From a virus: 64,000 nucleotides of DNA. Of this stretch, positions 63,179 through 64,000 are shown one piece after another. The stretch lies in the IMG/VR virus record IMGVR_UViG_3300009370_001603, positions 58,519 to 122,518 of that record, one strand, 5' to 3'. Under the pieces are notes generated by a model. That model searched no databases, was not told where the DNA came from, and saw only the letters and a list, made by a program, of their open reading frames with translations. The stretch's first letter is position 1. Each line of letters starts with the position of its first letter. Position numbers and translations under genes: made by a program.

Positions 63179-63347
63179 TGCACAAAAGCCGCTTGTAGGA
63201 ATCGGCACAATTTTTCCTGCTGGAAAGGTCGTCGCCATAAAGAACGACCACGTATTGTTAGAGACTCCCAACGAGGGTGTCAAGAGTTTTACTTTTTCTC
63301 AAGTCGAAAGGTTTATCAATGTTGAACGAACTTTATCACAAGCGTAA
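63171..63347 (+). CDS. Hypothetical protein (TTG start)
   Basis: 58 aa; AAAGGA upstream of TTG. Confidence 0.6.
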   Translation: MSNAQKPLVGIGTIFPAGKVVAIKNDHVLLETPNEGVKSFTFSQVERFINVERTLSQA

Positions 63348-63522
63348 CGAACGCAAAGTTAATTTCCTTTACCCAGTAAACGGAAGCAAGAACGTCTTGC
63401 GAAATGTTGACGGGGTTAAGGTCAAGAGTTTCACCGGCCCAAGTGGTCGTGGAATCACCGTCAAAGAGAGCAATGGCTTACACAAGTCATTCTCACTGAC
63501 CAAGTGCGTGGCTTCACTCTAA
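63319..63522 (+). CDS. Hypothetical basic protein
   Basis: 67 aa from MLNELYHK; GAAAGG RBS. Confidence 0.7.
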   Translation: MLNELYHKRNERKVNFLYPVNGSKNVLRNVDGVKVKSFTGPSGRGITVKESNGLHKSFSLTKCVASL

Positions 63523-63530
63523 ACTAAGCC

Positions 63531-63650
63531 AACCTTTCGTGTTGTGTGAGAGGTTGGGGACTAGCTCGCAATCAAGTGAACTTAGTCCATAGCTCAGAGG
63601 TTGCCGCTATAAGCAGGCTTTGGACTGTCCCCCACTCTCTCTACACGAAT
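63531..63650 (+). ncRNA. Candidate structured sRNA with anti-leader 5' segment
   Basis: Long stem TTCGTGT/ACACGAA, GAGAG/CTCTC, GGGGAC/GTCCCC enclosing AGTCCA/TGGACT. Confidence 0.55.
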
Positions 63651-63663
63651 TGAATACAAAATA

Positions 63664-63728
63664 CGACCCACGCTCGGGGCCTTTCGGTTATGCCGTTTTA
63701 TCAATCGCAGCGTGTGGTTGTTTTTTTT
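63664..63728 (+). terminator. Terminator-like stem plus U-tract
   Basis: CGACCCACGCT...AGCGTGTGGTTG followed by T8; the large internal loop is atypical. Confidence 0.5.
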
Positions 63729-63751
63729 ATTTTAGGGGTTGACAAATCGGG

Positions 63752-63808
63752 GCTGCCCCGCAGGTCATAAGTCCTTTGTTTCTGGTGGTTTACGTCAATT
63801 TAGAAAAA
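63752..63808. repeat. Palindromic module-boundary repeat R6 (degenerate)
   Basis: GCTGCCC-N7-CATAAGTCCTT-TGTTTCT-GGTGGTTTACG-TCAATTTAGAAAAA. Confidence 0.85.
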
Positions 63809-63822
63809 AAACCAGAAAAAGT

Positions 63823-63863
63823 TAAAGTTACCCCATTGACTTTGACGATATATATAGTATAAT
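63823..63863 (+). promoter_or_regulatory. sigma70 promoter interleaved with sigma28-like promoter
   Basis: TTGACT-16-TATAAT; TAAAGTTA-13-GACGATAT. Confidence 0.8.
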
Positions 63864-63898
63864 CAAAGAGTAACATATTAACACGAAGGGAAGAAAAG

Positions 63899-64000
63899 AT
63901 GCCAGCACACAACGTAAACACAGCCGCACTCGACCAAGTAGTTGAAGCGGCACGACGATTTGAAGCACTAAGCGATGCCCTTAACCTAGCACCAGTTGAC
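63899..64000 (+). CDS. Hypothetical protein, truncated by window end
   Basis: MPAHNVNTAALDQVVEAARRFEALSD...; ACACGAAGGG leader. Confidence 0.65.
   Translation, partial: MPAHNVNTAALDQVVEAARRFEALSDALNLAPVD

Noticed and set aside
63583-63626. tRNA (GTCCATAGCTCAG resembles a tRNA 5' end)
   Set aside because: No anticodon arm or TTC T-loop; too short for a cloverleaf.
56702-63808. R1-R6 as CRISPR repeats, terminators or integron attC sites
   Set aside because: Spacing is ~1-2 kb; there is no U-tract on the transcribed strand; the RYYYAAC/GTTRRRY attC ends are missing.

Overview
This window is part of a large tailed dsDNA phage genome (siphovirus-like; standard genetic code fits), with two divergent arms. 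Positions 1-56.1 kb (minus strand) carry the late/morphogenesis arm. From right to left it holds a phage sigma factor, a methyltransferase, a GT29-like enzyme, gmd, HNH, ERCC4 nuclease, ClpP-like protease, fatty-acid hydroxylase, TerL, portal, protease/scaffold, decoration protein and major capsid. These are followed by very Ser-Gly-rich fibre proteins interleaved with a Cys-rich protein, a glycosyltransferase, a PRTase-HAD fusion, a methyltransferase and two sulfotransferases, then neck, tail tube, chaperone-like genes, a 2469-aa tape measure and a truncated LamG-containing tail protein. A GTGTATAAT motif precedes these late operons. Positions 56.2-64 kb (plus strand) are an early-type arm of about 25 tiny ORFs and several candidate structured RNAs behind about 15 near-consensus sigma70 promoters. 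Most of those promoters are interleaved with a sigma28-like TAAAG...GCCGATA promoter. Six copies of an 11-7-11 palindrome resembling a tyrosine-recombinase core site divide this arm into 0.9-1.8 kb modules. The best novelty candidates are this punctuated cassette array with its dual-sigma promoters and small RNAs (one antisense to the shared leader/RBS motif), two nuclease-like cargo domains inside the tape measure, and a possible virion glycosylation/sulfation system acting on Ser-Gly sites. All functional calls come from motif reading by eye and gene position; no searches were run. A Planctomycetota-like host is only a weak inference.
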